A stretch of 64,000 nt of DNA from an uncultured Verrucomicrobiae bacterium (GCA_963813025.1 CAWEXO010000012.1:113794-177793); one strand, 5' to 3'; counted from the first letter of the stretch, positions 22,797 through 32,834 are shown. Made by a program: numbers and translations. Notes: a model not told the origin generated them from the sequence alone.

Positions 22797-25631
22797 TTAC
22801 ATGTACATGTTAAGACGCGACCCAGAAGGCTGCAGGCGCGCGCCGGTTACCAGCGCATGAAGGCAGTGGCTGACTTGATCGATCCGAATATCTGAACGCG
22901 TCAGTGTACAGCGCACGCCGCCAATGGCCTTTGGTCCGGCCCGCAGCGCGAAAACGTCTTCCGGAAAAACGATCAGGTTTGTCATAAACCGCATCGCTGC
23001 CGACCATGCCGCAGCATAGCGTGCGGCTCGTTCGACGTCGCCCACAGCGATCGCAATCTCCCAGGATGCAGCGACGCCCTCGGCGATAAAACCCGTATTG
23101 AAACTCGGCTCATCCGGGCTGAGATCTTCAAGAAACGCACCGCTACTCCCTAGTTGCCGATCAATGGCCCAATCAGTGGCCGCGAAGGCAAGTTCAACCG
23201 CCGCCCGATCTGCAGTAACCCGGTACAACGCCGCCATGCCCTGCGGCAGCCAGCCGGCCTGTCCCCACCCCGGCAAAGCTGAAAAATGATGTGCGTACCA
23301 TGCAACCTGCGCGCCGGCATTCTGGATAGCCCCGAAATTTGCCAAACCGGCCAGCAGAGCTCCGGGCAGAAACTCGTGATCCTCCGGCAGTTCAAGCCGC
23401 TTAGGCGTATACCCGATTCGTCCTTCCGGCCGCAGCAGGCCGCGCAGACGGGCAGCCAGAGCGCGTGAAGCAGCCCGCTGACTGAGCGCCTTATAGCGAG
23501 CGACCGCGCCAAGGAGAACCGCGTCCGCAAGCGTCCCGCCGACGACGCCGGGAAGAACGATGGTACCCTCCCGCACATGGTCCAGACAATAACCGAAGCC
23601 GGCGCCAGCCCCCTCCCGCCAACTCCGTTCCCCAAGAAATAACCCTGCGAGGTCCAGCGCCATCAATCCGTGAATGGCGCGTCCGGCAGTCCCGTAGATC
23701 TGCACCTCGCCGCTGGCCGGTTGTAGCATGTAACGCGGCAGGCGGTCAGCCCCGAGCGATCCGACGATGTAAGTGCCCAGCAAACGGATCAAAGAGGCGG
23801 AATCCAGGGTATCGGCATCACGAACCGCAGAGCCGAACCGCAAAGGGTGGGTATACCGGCCATCATCAACCCATTCGGCGCATTGCAAGGTTCGCCATTC
23901 GACCTGGCGACTTTCGGCTGCAGCCTCGGCACCCGCCAAGCGCACGCAGGTCCGGACGAATTCCGCTCGCGTGAGGTTGTTGTAAACCAGCACCGATGGC
24001 AGGAGAATCGTGGTTTTGCCGGAATAGTGGATTTCAAGCGCATCAAGCCCGCGCCGAAGCTTGAATGCGACAGTTTGGACGGCCGCCCTGCCGAGCAGTT
24101 CCGGATCGTGCAGGACGGAAACGACTATCGTTCCGCGCGTCAACCCTGAACCGCCCCGCGGGTCAGCGGCCGCCTGTAGCACCGCAGCACGCAGCGCGTC
24201 GTCGAACTCGGTTCCCAGTGCTAATCCGTATCCGATCAGGCCGTAGTCCGGGTGATAGACGCGGACCGCGACCGCTTCGATACGGCCAATATCCTCCGGC
24301 GCACTGGCCAATGGAAAAGCATCGACTGAGGCCGGAGCACTTGCGCTTTCTTTTTCCTTCGATTGTTCCTCTTTACCCTGCAGTTCGTCGAATAACTGCC
24401 GAGCACGGGCTGTGATCCGGCGACCACACTCTGCGGTCCGCCACCAGCCTGCAGCGCTCTCCGGCGAACCGTACTGCAGCCACGTTTGGCCCGGTTCGAC
24501 GTATTTGAAGACCTCGTGGCGGAATAGATCGTGGGGCTCGCCAGGCTCAATGCCTGCATTGGTCACGCGCGCCTGGCGATATTGTTCGACCTCGCTGATG
24601 AAAGCCTGCGTGTTGGGCAGCGCGCCGCCCATCTTACTTGGAAATGCCCGGCTTCGCACCACAATACCGTAACGCTCAAAATCAAGATCTTTGGGCTTAA
24701 TCAGTTCGAGCGCGGAAAAAAAAGTGACCGCAATTTTGAGTTCTGGAAGGGCTTGGGGTGTAATGCGCCCATGCGCATCCCGTAGTGTCTCAATTGTTGC
24801 CGCAATCACGTCCGCACACGGCGCCGCATCGTCCGGATTGAAATGCCAATATCCGCTACGAGCAATTCGGTTATCGTTAGCGCGCTCACGAAAGCTGACA
24901 AAGACGCCTCCCGGGGATGCATAGTTCCGATCCATTTGCAGGGGCGGCCAGGGCGCCAGACCGGTGGCAAGCCACGTGGCCGCTGAAAACCGGGCCAGTG
25001 CCGCCGGGTGCAAACCTTCGGGAGCTCTCACTTTGCCGGTAAGCGGGGCCGGCCGCCGTTCAGGCTTAGCCAGCGTGCGGGCCATACCAAGATCGGACCA
25101 GACATCCAGGATCGCTTCGGCCCGGTAGCCAGCCGAATTTGCCCAATCGAGGCCACCTCGATACGGAAACTGCACCAGGGCGATCGCGCCTTCGACTTCG
25201 CCTCCCTCATTCTCGATAGCCCTGATGGCTTCTGCGATGGAATTGCCGGAGCTGACCGAGTCATCGATAATCACAACCGGGGCAGATTTGTCGAACGGCC
25301 CTTCCACCTGGCGGCAGGAAACATATTTTTTCCGGCTCTCGCGGATGCAAAGGCCAGTGTAGCGCCCTTCTCCGAGCAGGACGCACGCGGAGAGCAGGGG
25401 TATGCCGGTGTAACCGATGCTTGCTAACTGGGAGGCCCTGAATCCGCGCAGCCGCTCCAGTATGCAGACCGCAGCAAGACGCAATCCCCGCGCTGTCAGG
25501 GTTGCGTTCCAGCTATAAAATGCCCATGGTGCAGGTGTCCGATCCTGATGCCGAATTGGCTGCCCGGCTGAAGCATAAAGAATGCCATGCCGGCTCAAAC
25601 AGGTGGCCAGCTCTTCCCGGTTACGGCTCAC
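22797..25631 (-). CDS. 944-aa multidomain enzyme: PyrE-like phosphoribosyltransferase + two AMMECR1-like domains + C-terminal alpha/alpha-toroid-like helical domain
   Basis: IRESRKKY…QVEG and VVIIDDSVSSGNS (PRPP loop); GGVFVSFRER…LKIAVTFF…YGIVVRS…GGALPN and VVSVLHDPE…GLDALEI…ILLPSV (AMMECR1 pattern); Trp/Ala-rich helical repeats ending IRIDQVSHCL. Confidence 0.8.
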   Translation of the reverse strand: MSRNREELATCLSRHGILYASAGQPIRHQDRTPAPWAFYSWNATLTARGLRLAAVCILERLRGFRASQLASIGYTGIPLLSACVLLGEGRYTGLCIRESRKKYVSCRQVEGPFDKSAPVVIIDDSVSSGNSIAEAIRAIENEGGEVEGAIALVQFPYRGGLDWANSAGYRAEAILDVWSDLGMARTLAKPERRPAPLTGKVRAPEGLHPAALARFSAATWLATGLAPWPPLQMDRNYASPGGVFVSFRERANDNRIARSGYWHFNPDDAAPCADVIAATIETLRDAHGRITPQALPELKIAVTFFSALELIKPKDLDFERYGIVVRSRAFPSKMGGALPNTQAFISEVEQYRQARVTNAGIEPGEPHDLFRHEVFKYVEPGQTWLQYGSPESAAGWWRTAECGRRITARARQLFDELQGKEEQSKEKESASAPASVDAFPLASAPEDIGRIEAVAVRVYHPDYGLIGYGLALGTEFDDALRAAVLQAAADPRGGSGLTRGTIVVSVLHDPELLGRAAVQTVAFKLRRGLDALEIHYSGKTTILLPSVLVYNNLTRAEFVRTCVRLAGAEAAAESRQVEWRTLQCAEWVDDGRYTHPLRFGSAVRDADTLDSASLIRLLGTYIVGSLGADRLPRYMLQPASGEVQIYGTAGRAIHGLMALDLAGLFLGERSWREGAGAGFGYCLDHVREGTIVLPGVVGGTLADAVLLGAVARYKALSQRAASRALAARLRGLLRPEGRIGYTPKRLELPEDHEFLPGALLAGLANFGAIQNAGAQVAWYAHHFSALPGWGQAGWLPQGMAALYRVTADRAAVELAFAATDWAIDRQLGSSGAFLEDLSPDEPSFNTGFIAEGVAASWEIAIAVGDVERAARYAAAWSAAMRFMTNLIVFPEDVFALRAGPKAIGGVRCTLTRSDIRIDQVSHCLHALVTGARLQPSGSRLNMYM

Positions 25632-25649
25632 GACCGAATGACCGCTCTA

Positions 25650-26051
25650 TTATCCTTGGGCGCCCGTCGAAGCCCGGAGAGCAGCGATGCTCGCCTCGAT
25701 AGAACTGAGCCGTTCGAGGATCGCGCTGATATACTGCGTCAGCTCGCCGAATTCGGCTGGAGGAAGTTCATTCGGGGCACCGGGACCTGGACGATGGAGG
25801 ATGAAATCTCGAATCGGCGGGAGTTCGTGAGGATTAGGCCTTGGCGATCGCGGATTAAATTTTATGATCAGCAGCTCGGATTCGAGCGCGTGTACGCGGT
25901 CGCGCAAACGGAATAATTCGGTGACCGCCTCGCGGTCAAAGGCATAAACCGGGCCTGCAGGTAATTCCTCGACTCCCGGACGCGGAGGATGCGCCCGTCC
26001 GCCGCCGCCTTCGACGGGGCCGGCCGGCAATTCAACAATATGTTCTGGCAT
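25650..26051 (-). CDS. Small ELP-repeat/coiled-coil protein (133 aa), candidate substrate or precursor of the downstream enzyme
   Basis: VELPAGPV, EELPAGPV, HELPP, NELPP; two heptad helices; stop 18 bp before the start of the 944-aa gene. Confidence 0.75.
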   Translation of the reverse strand: MPEHIVELPAGPVEGGGGRAHPPRPGVEELPAGPVYAFDREAVTELFRLRDRVHALESELLIIKFNPRSPRPNPHELPPIRDFILHRPGPGAPNELPPAEFGELTQYISAILERLSSIEASIAALRASTGAQG

Positions 26052-26259
26052 GGGTTGGCTTTCGTTCTGCGATTTGAACAGAAGGGGACAGAAAACTAAC
26101 AGTAATAGCAAATGCCAAAGCGACCCCGGATGCAACACGAAAAAGCAACGACTACCCGAAAGGAGTAAATTTGGTTAGTTCTATCAATGGCCGGTTTCTC
26201 AGACCCAAGTCGTTTGTGGCAGCAGACGTTGAAAGATCTAGGAAGTGGACGACGGAAAA

Positions 26260-26720
26260 TCAGAAGGCAGGTACATGGACGACGCTGAATCGTTCGTAAA
26301 CAAGCGGCATTCGTTCGTCAAACGCTCCATCCTTGAAGCACTGCCGATTAAAGTAATTCCGATGAGCTTTCCTCCAGTACGCCAGCGATCGATCCCCCTC
26401 TCCTTCGTCGTAGGCGAACCACTCGGGAACTTCATTGAAGGGCATGACAAAAACGTCGACAGTTTCAATAACCGCTACCGGGACACCGTTTCCATCGAGA
26501 ACGACAGAATGATCTCCTCTTTCCGGCAGTGGCTTTTTGCTCTTCTTCGTAGGTCCAGAGCGCCGAGCAGGTCGCAGTTTTCAGGCCTGCTCGTACGAGC
26601 ATAGCCAAGCTGAGGCCACCGAGCTGGCTGGATTTCCCTACGAGGAGCGCGGCTATCTCGTTCTATAGATGTCGGCAGTGTAGTTAGTAAGACGCTTACC
26701 CTCGAAGTGCTCTTCGCCAT
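26260..26720 (-). pseudogene. ASCH-domain protein, +1 frameshift in an A-run near 26535
   Basis: GLKTATCS…(shift)…VVLDGNGVPVAVIET…PFNEV…FAYDEGEGDRSLAYWRKAH. Confidence 0.8.
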
Positions 26721-26986
26721 AAATTCCTGCCCGGCGTCCTTTGCCTCTGTTTGATTCACCCAGCAGCTTGAGGTGAGGACGGATTCATGCAATACCTGCC
26801 CGTGGTGATGGCGCTTCGCCTTTGGCTACGGCTGATATTATTGCTTGTTAAGACGTGACCCTATGATGTGTGTCCCTATCTAACCTCAAATCTTACGGGC
26901 CAGCATGTGGAGTTTGTACGGACACAGGCGGACTCCAAATTTGTATCTGTTTTGGCTTGCTTCAGCAATCGACCAGAAGCGGGAAA

Positions 26987-27900
26987 TGATGCATAATATG
27001 CGCGTGAAGACGGAGATACGGAAACGGATCGACGCCATCTTCCGCCCCGATCCGCCCAAGAAAGATAGTGCTCTGGCCGGGATGGCGCAGTGGGCCAAGC
27101 AGCTGGACGAGCAGTTCCTTGCGCAGGCTCGCCATCGCGCGCAAGTTCGCAAGGCGCTGGCGTTCACTCGGGACACCCTGCCACAGAAGTACGAAGCAGG
27201 CGCCGGATTCGAAAAGGAGCGTGAAAAGGCTCGTGCGGCACTCAAAAAATGTAAGCCACCCAAGCTACCACCGGTGAAAGTTCCGAAACATATTGACCGG
27301 ATCTTCAGCGGTTCCATCGGCGCCAGCTACGGGCCGCCATACGACGTGCAATGGACTTGGCAGCAGCAGCAGGGAGACCCTCCAAGCCCGCAAGTGTCGG
27401 CCGACGCGAACTCAGGCACGATGCAGCTTAGTGCTGTGACGCTTGATGACACATCGGCGGTTGCCGCGCGCGCGGCGGTAGGCAATTGGCTGTCCGCCCC
27501 GCTCGGCACCTCCACCATGAACATCTACGCGGCGCCAGCCATCGACTGGTCTTGGGTGGTAGCTGTGTTGAGCAACTGGGGCGAATCGGCTGGATGGCTC
27601 GGCTTCGTTGTGCAAAGTTCTGACCGCGCCGGCAATTTTGTGGCTACGGTTATCGAGCAGCAACTCCCGATTTGGGACGTGCAGCTCAACGCTCCGTCGT
27701 TCCCTTGGCCTGGTTGGATCCAGTCCCAGTCGGACCAAGGCTCGACTTCGGGCTATTCGCTTCAGGCGCAGTTCACGGCGGTCGAAGGACTGTTCTACAC
27801 GATCTGGATATGGTTCGGTGTCTATGCGGCCGAGGGGGACAATGTTATTGCCACGTTCTCGCCGGTCACCGTGCCGTATTTCACATGGGTGAACGGGTAA
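26987..27900 (+). CDS. Hypothetical protein: basic helical N-terminus and Trp-rich beta-sandwich C-terminus
   Basis: Long clean ORF; PPYDVQWTW motif; start uncertain (26905/26987/26998). Confidence 0.7.
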
Positions 27901-28269
27901 GGAATTGGTGCCGCGCCGGAGTTTCAGCACGACACGGAATTTGGTCCAGAGCTGGCGGTCGCCCGCGTGGACCTTTTGCCGGACGGAGGGTCATAATCAT
28001 GTACACATACCACACAAGAAAGGGTTGAACATCCGCGGTGAGGCGTGTGTCTAAGATTGGGACCTTTGGCGACCACCCCGAGCAGCAAATAGTATCCTGA
28101 TCCTCAGATCTTCTACCAAACGCTTTGATCCTCTTGCCCCAAGGCGCGTGGCAAAACCCGCACCGACTCCCTCGACACTTCGAAAAGGATACTAAGAATG
28201 GCACAAGCAGAAACTGAAAAACTAACCTAGATCCTCTGGGGTGCGGCGCTAAGTCGAGCAGTTTGTAGC

Positions 28270-28430
28270 ATTGCCGAACTCGGTATTGCCGATCAGATCG
28301 AGGCGGGCTCGCCGCAATCTGTGGAATCGCTCGCCAGAGCGGCGGGAACCCCATGAGCGTTTCCTCTATCGAATACTACGTTTCCTGGCCAGTCATGGAA
28401 TATTCCAGGAAAAAGCAAGCGCCAGTTCGA
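28270..28430 (+). pseudogene. O-methyltransferase dimerisation-domain fragment
   Basis: IAELGIADQIEAG…SVESLARAAGT(shift)HERFLYRILRFLASHGIFQE. Confidence 0.7.
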
Positions 28431-28457
28431 CCATCTTCCAAACTACGCTCATCAAGA

Positions 28458-28994
28458 ATGCCCAACCATCCTCGGCTCAATCACATCCAACGCGGAAAGA
28501 TAGACAAACTCGCGCAGAGGTACCCACATAACCTGGCAGAGCCTCCGAAATCACTGGAGGATGTCACGGTGAGCGCGGACAAACCTGTCACCCTCGGCGA
28601 ATTCATTGAGGCTTCTGATTGGGACTATGCAGCCGTAGACGTAACCGACCGGTGGGAGGTTGATCGTTTTGAGATGGAGGATTTTTGGCGACATGTTGGA
28701 CAATCCTCGGTTGTCCCGCACGAGCCGCGAGGGCTGTCGCCGGTTACGGTCGCCAAACTGATAATCTATGGAGTCCACTTGGTCGGAGTAATCTTCGAGA
28801 ATAACATTCGGGGGTTTATCCGTGAAGACCCTCGGATCGGACGCGTCATCGATTGGGCTTTACAACAAACCGCCTCACCCGGCTTTCCTGAGGAAGCCAA
28901 CCTCTTCTTGCATTTCCAGATGTTGATGAAGCACCCTATCATTAATTCAGGTGTCCGAAACGCCGCATGGCATCACTACAGACTTCCCGATTGA
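28458..28994 (+). CDS. Hypothetical protein (about 178 aa)
   Basis: Protein-like ORF from ATG 28458. Confidence 0.55.
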   Translation: MPNHPRLNHIQRGKIDKLAQRYPHNLAEPPKSLEDVTVSADKPVTLGEFIEASDWDYAAVDVTDRWEVDRFEMEDFWRHVGQSSVVPHEPRGLSPVTVAKLIIYGVHLVGVIFENNIRGFIREDPRIGRVIDWALQQTASPGFPEEANLFLHFQMLMKHPIINSGVRNAAWHHYRLPD

Positions 28995-29037
28995 TTCGCC
29001 ATCACTGCGAAATGATATAGCCTTGAATCTATCAGAT

Positions 29038-29292
29038 ATGCCAGAAGACCCGATCTACTTCGATGTCACAATTCAACGCCCTGGCGTGAAACCTGAAAAA
29101 TTGATCGTCGCCGCAGAAACTACAAGGGCAGGCGGTGTTCCAACTGATCAAACTTTTCCGATTGAGAAGGCCCTAGAGGTTGTCAGCCACGTCTTGGGTC
29201 GGACCGTTGATCAGGCCGAGATAGTCCATCTTGCACCGTGTTGGGACTCTGCACCAATTGAGACTACCGCGGACTCCTCGGCGATTACCTAG
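29038..29292 (+). CDS. Hypothetical protein (84 aa)
   Basis: MPEDPIYFDVTIQRPG… follows the previous gene. Confidence 0.5.
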   Translation: MPEDPIYFDVTIQRPGVKPEKLIVAAETTRAGGVPTDQTFPIEKALEVVSHVLGRTVDQAEIVHLAPCWDSAPIETTADSSAIT

Positions 29293-29389
29293 TCTGGCAT
29301 GCCGAGGAAGAGTGAATGGACAGTTCGCCGGTTCGGTCGCCGAAGCCTGAGGAGCCCCCACGAGCAGTGCTTGACTTCGAGCGCTCCCC

Positions 29390-29647
29390 TTAGACAACCC
29401 GCACCTCAGTCCCATCCCAGCTAACTTCCTGCACATCTCCGGCAGGACTCTTTAGCATAATCCTGAACCCCGAGATTTTTCCCTGATGGAATTCTTCGAT
29501 CGCCCGCAGGACTGCGACAACATCCTCCTCCACGGTCTTCTTTCCGCGCCCAGTATCGGTAATCTCAATTTCTTCAGTCATCATGGAAAAGGTGAAATCT
29601 GCCTCAGGCTTCGAGTGACTCATCTGGCTTGCGGGATCGTCTGGCAT
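29390..29647 (-). CDS. Small phage/MGE-type hypothetical protein
   Basis: EADFTFS…VLRAIEEFHQGKISGFRIM…VSWDG. Confidence 0.55.
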   Translation of the reverse strand: MPDDPASQMSHSKPEADFTFSMMTEEIEITDTGRGKKTVEEDVVAVLRAIEEFHQGKISGFRIMLKSPAGDVQEVSWDGTEVRVV

Positions 29648-30005
29648 AGATCCTACTTTACACTACGTTCCCGGATCGAGCACGGCCTCACAGCAGACCA
29701 GATCACCGAGCGCAAAGACCGCCTTCGAGAACTCCGGGCTTTGCCGGATAAGCCAGATACGGCGGAGATGAAGGAGCCGTGATCGGTACTCAAGTGGCTT
29801 GCGGGGTTGTCTGGCATTGCGTTACACTGTGCCTTGCGATTCGAGCTGCATGTTTGCCTTTGATATGCTTGCAGATTTTAACCGAATCCGCTTTTTTCCA
29901 TCAGGGATGGCGGTCTATCGTTTAGCTCGTAGCGGAAATCGTCCGTCGTATAGCGCACCACTCTCGGCAGCTACCGAGCAGGGGACTCGCATGCAGCGAC
30001 CCGCC

Positions 30006-30236
30006 TCAATTAATGTTGCCGTGATCATGACTCTGATCGTGGTCGTGACTCTGATCGTGGTCGTGACTCTGATCGCGGTCTTCATCATGAGTCTGGTGAT
30101 GGTGCTTCTGATGATGGTGATGATGATACGATTGATGATGTTGGTCCTGGTGCTCGTCATCGTCGCGAGCTTGCGCCAAAGGACAAAAAACAACAGCGAT
30201 CCCCAGCGTGACAAAAGCCATAAGTGCGTTTTTCAT
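30006..30236 (-). CDS. Secreted His/Asp-rich peptide
   Basis: Signal peptide ending AQA, poly-His, and three DQSHDH repeats encoded by 18-bp tandem repeats. Confidence 0.75.
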   Translation of the reverse strand: MKNALMAFVTLGIAVVFCPLAQARDDDEHQDQHHQSYHHHHHQKHHHQTHDEDRDQSHDHDQSHDHDQSHDHGNIN

Positions 30237-30254
30237 GTTTTTGATCGTGACGGT

Positions 30255-30580
30255 TTATCCAACCGTGATTGATTGTGTGATTCCAGCCTTTAATTTCGGC
30301 ATCTCCGCGGTAATCCCGCCCGTCGGCGCAGTCTCCATCGCTCGCTTCCAAACCGCACGCTGCTGTTCGGGCTCCAGCTTGGCTAACGGGTGACGGACGG
30401 ATTCAGAGGACGGAGTGTTGCCAATTGGACAACAAATTGGCGGCAACCCCTGCCACGTCTATAAGTGGTGGGCATAAAATCTACTCATCCCCCATCGTTC
30501 CCGGGCAGTACTGCTCGAACGTACTGTATTGCTCGCGGTACAGTCGGGATTCCCGGATAGTCAGCACAAACGCTTATAGG
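30255..30580 (-). pseudogene. Phage/MGE-type DNA-binding protein remnant
   Basis: IRESRLYREQYSTFEQYC… and PLAKLEPEQQRAVWKRAMETAP in broken frames. Confidence 0.55.
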
Positions 30581-30749
30581 CCCTCAGGCCGATTTTCCAA
30601 CCCACCCTCAATCCACGGTGCGGTCGCTTCGACCCAGGTGGGTCTGTCACGTCGAGCCGGATGAACCGCGCGTCGATCTCCTCCGCCGCGAGCTTGGTTG
30701 CGGCCTCGCGTCCGCCGGTTTCGTCGCGTGCGCCCCGAGGGCGACCATT

Positions 30750-31340
30750 CAGGTTTTTTTGAGCGCTCGCAGACCGTACACAATATTTGACAATATCTCA
30801 GCGGATATAGTCCGGAGCCTTCCTGAGTAACTTGGCGAGCAGCTTACGTCGTTGGAGGAACGGTTGAGCGCGCAAGTCGGTTCCCTCGAGCCTGAGCAGA
30901 TCAAAGGCGTAGTAGACCAGCGGGGTTCGCTTCCCGCTGCCGTATGATTGCAGGAGTCGGAATGACGTTTTCCCGTCAGAGTCAAGCGCAGTGATTTCGC
31001 CGTCGATAACCACGTTTCTTACAGTTAGCAGTTTCCGGGCGTCGATGAGCTGGGGGTAATCGTTGCCGAAATTGATTTGGTTGCGTGAGATCAGCCGAAC
31101 CTCTTTACCAGCTTTGACAGCGAGCGCGCGGTAGCCATCGAATTTCAATTCATAGAGCCAGTCGCCGGACGGGAGATCCCGGACGGGGAGCGCCTTCATT
31201 GGCTCAATGAATGAAAAGTTGCTGGCTGCGCCTGCTTCATGGAGAGGGAGGCGGGTAGGCCAAAAACTGGGCTCGGCTCTTGAGATAGGGACGGCCGCGT
31301 GGCTGGGCGCAGCAGCGTTTGCAGCGCCGGTTGAGGCCAT
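30750..31340 (-). pseudogene. ligD: LigD-type ATP-dependent DNA ligase fragment
   Basis: FIEPMKA…WLYELKFDGYRA (KxDG), VIDGEI, YYAFDLL; truncated before the OB domain. Confidence 0.8.
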
Positions 31341-31478
31341 CGGGAAAATGGCGGGAACGACATTATGCTGTTAGAAGCTGGCGTCGGTGGCAGCTGGTAC
31401 ACTTTTTCGTTTTTGGAATCTTCGCGCTTTTGGCTCGCGCACGAACTTCGGCACCGTTGTGCAACTGGGTGTTCATTG

Positions 31479-31900
31479 TCATTGGTTCACGCCAGCGGCA
31501 GTTCGGGATCGGGACCCTTGGTCCATGTAGAGCCTCGCCAGATTGTTGAGCCCCGTAGCAACGTCAGGGTGCTCCGGACCGAGGGCCTTCTCCCAGATCG
31601 CCAGTGCCCGCTCATAAAGAGGCTCCGCCTTCGTGTATTGGCTTTCGTCTGCGTAGAGCACCGCCAGATTGTTCAGACATGTGGCCACGTTGGCATCCTC
31701 TGCCCGCTGATAAAGAGGCTCGGCCTTCGCGTATTCGCCTTGGTCTTTCAAAACCACAGCCAAGTTGTTGAGGCTGGTGGCCACCCCTACATGTTCCGGA
31801 CCAAGGACGTTTTTCCGAATCGACAGGCTGAGGCAAAACAACTGTTCGGCTTGCGGATACGCGGCTCGCGCTCGGAGAGATACACCCAGCTGATCAGCCT
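31479..31900 (-). pseudogene. Tetratricopeptide (kinesin-light-chain-like) repeat fragment
   Basis: LGPEHPDVATGLNNLA / AEPLYERALAI repeats, with one repeat internally deleted. Confidence 0.75.
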
Positions 31901-32003
31901 CTGAGGCGATGAGCATCTCGTTCACGCCGTCGCGCTTCGCAGCGAAGCTCGGTCTTGGAAGACCATGGTGGCTTTTTTGCGGGGAGTACTGACGCACTAA
32001 TGA

Positions 32004-32834
32004 TTAGCAATTAGCGTGTCCACAGACGGCCGTAGACGATTGCTCACTCTGAGTGCCGTATTGTCCAACTCTCCATTGGAACGATCCAGGGTTTCTGGGC
32101 ACCGCTATGAAAGCGGACCATCCGAGTGCTCGGCGGGCAAAGCGGAAGTACCAGTCGCACCATTGCCTGGCTTCCTGCAAAAATGCTTCGTGCTGGGGAT
32201 GATTTGGGTTTTCTCGGCCCCAGGCGTGTACGCTTTGCCAGGTTGAATAACAATAGCGATCCCAATCCTCAGTTGATGCTTCGATCACCGAAATCAGTGA
32301 GAGGCCGTGTCGATACAGAATGTCCAATAAATCCGACTTTGGTTTTGAGCGGGCGGGATCAATTCCATCGCATTGAGCGAGATCCATCGTGGCCGACTCG
32401 CGCAAGTAAACTTCCCCGATTGTGAGTAGCCCGTTTAATCGCAGTTTGCCTCTCATCCAATTGACTGTGCTTGCAAATCCACCCAAAGCGAAGGATGCGC
32501 CTAAGCAGGTGATCACATCATAGCCACCTGGACGAACGCGCGCTTCGCTCGCCGGGGCTTCAACGAAGTGAACGTGTCCTCGAAGATTTTCAGACGCCGC
32601 GGCTCGCCTCGCGTAAGCAACCGCCGCGCTCCTGATCTCAAGCCCGGTGCCGTCAATTTTCCAGCGTTTTGCCCACTGACGTAACAAAAACCCTTTCCCA
32701 CAACCGACATCAAGCACAATCGAACCATCGCGTACCCGACAGTGGCGGGCCAAAAGCTCCAGGTTTTCCGCGGAAATCGGTGTAAGAATCTCAGGGTCGC
32801 GCTCGGCGACAGTTGCATAGTCCAGAGAGGGCAT
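32004..32834 (-). CDS. Class I SAM-dependent methyltransferase (YjhP-like)
   Basis: VLDVGCGKG, YDVITCLGAS, STEDWDRY. Confidence 0.85.
   Translation of the reverse strand: MPSLDYATVAERDPEILTPISAENLELLARHCRVRDGSIVLDVGCGKGFLLRQWAKRWKIDGTGLEIRSAAVAYARRAAASENLRGHVHFVEAPASEARVRPGGYDVITCLGASFALGGFASTVNWMRGKLRLNGLLTIGEVYLRESATMDLAQCDGIDPARSKPKSDLLDILYRHGLSLISVIEASTEDWDRYCYSTWQSVHAWGRENPNHPQHEAFLQEARQWCDWYFRFARRALGWSAFIAVPRNPGSFQWRVGQYGTQSEQSSTAVCGHANC

Noticed and set aside
25083..25631. Annotating the 944-aa gene as pyrE
   Set aside because: Hood residues differ and about 760 extra residues are fused; not in a pyr context
29799..30272. Hydrophobic Met/Val/Ile-rich membrane-like ORF
   Set aside because: Antisense reading of the His/Asp-rich peptide gene
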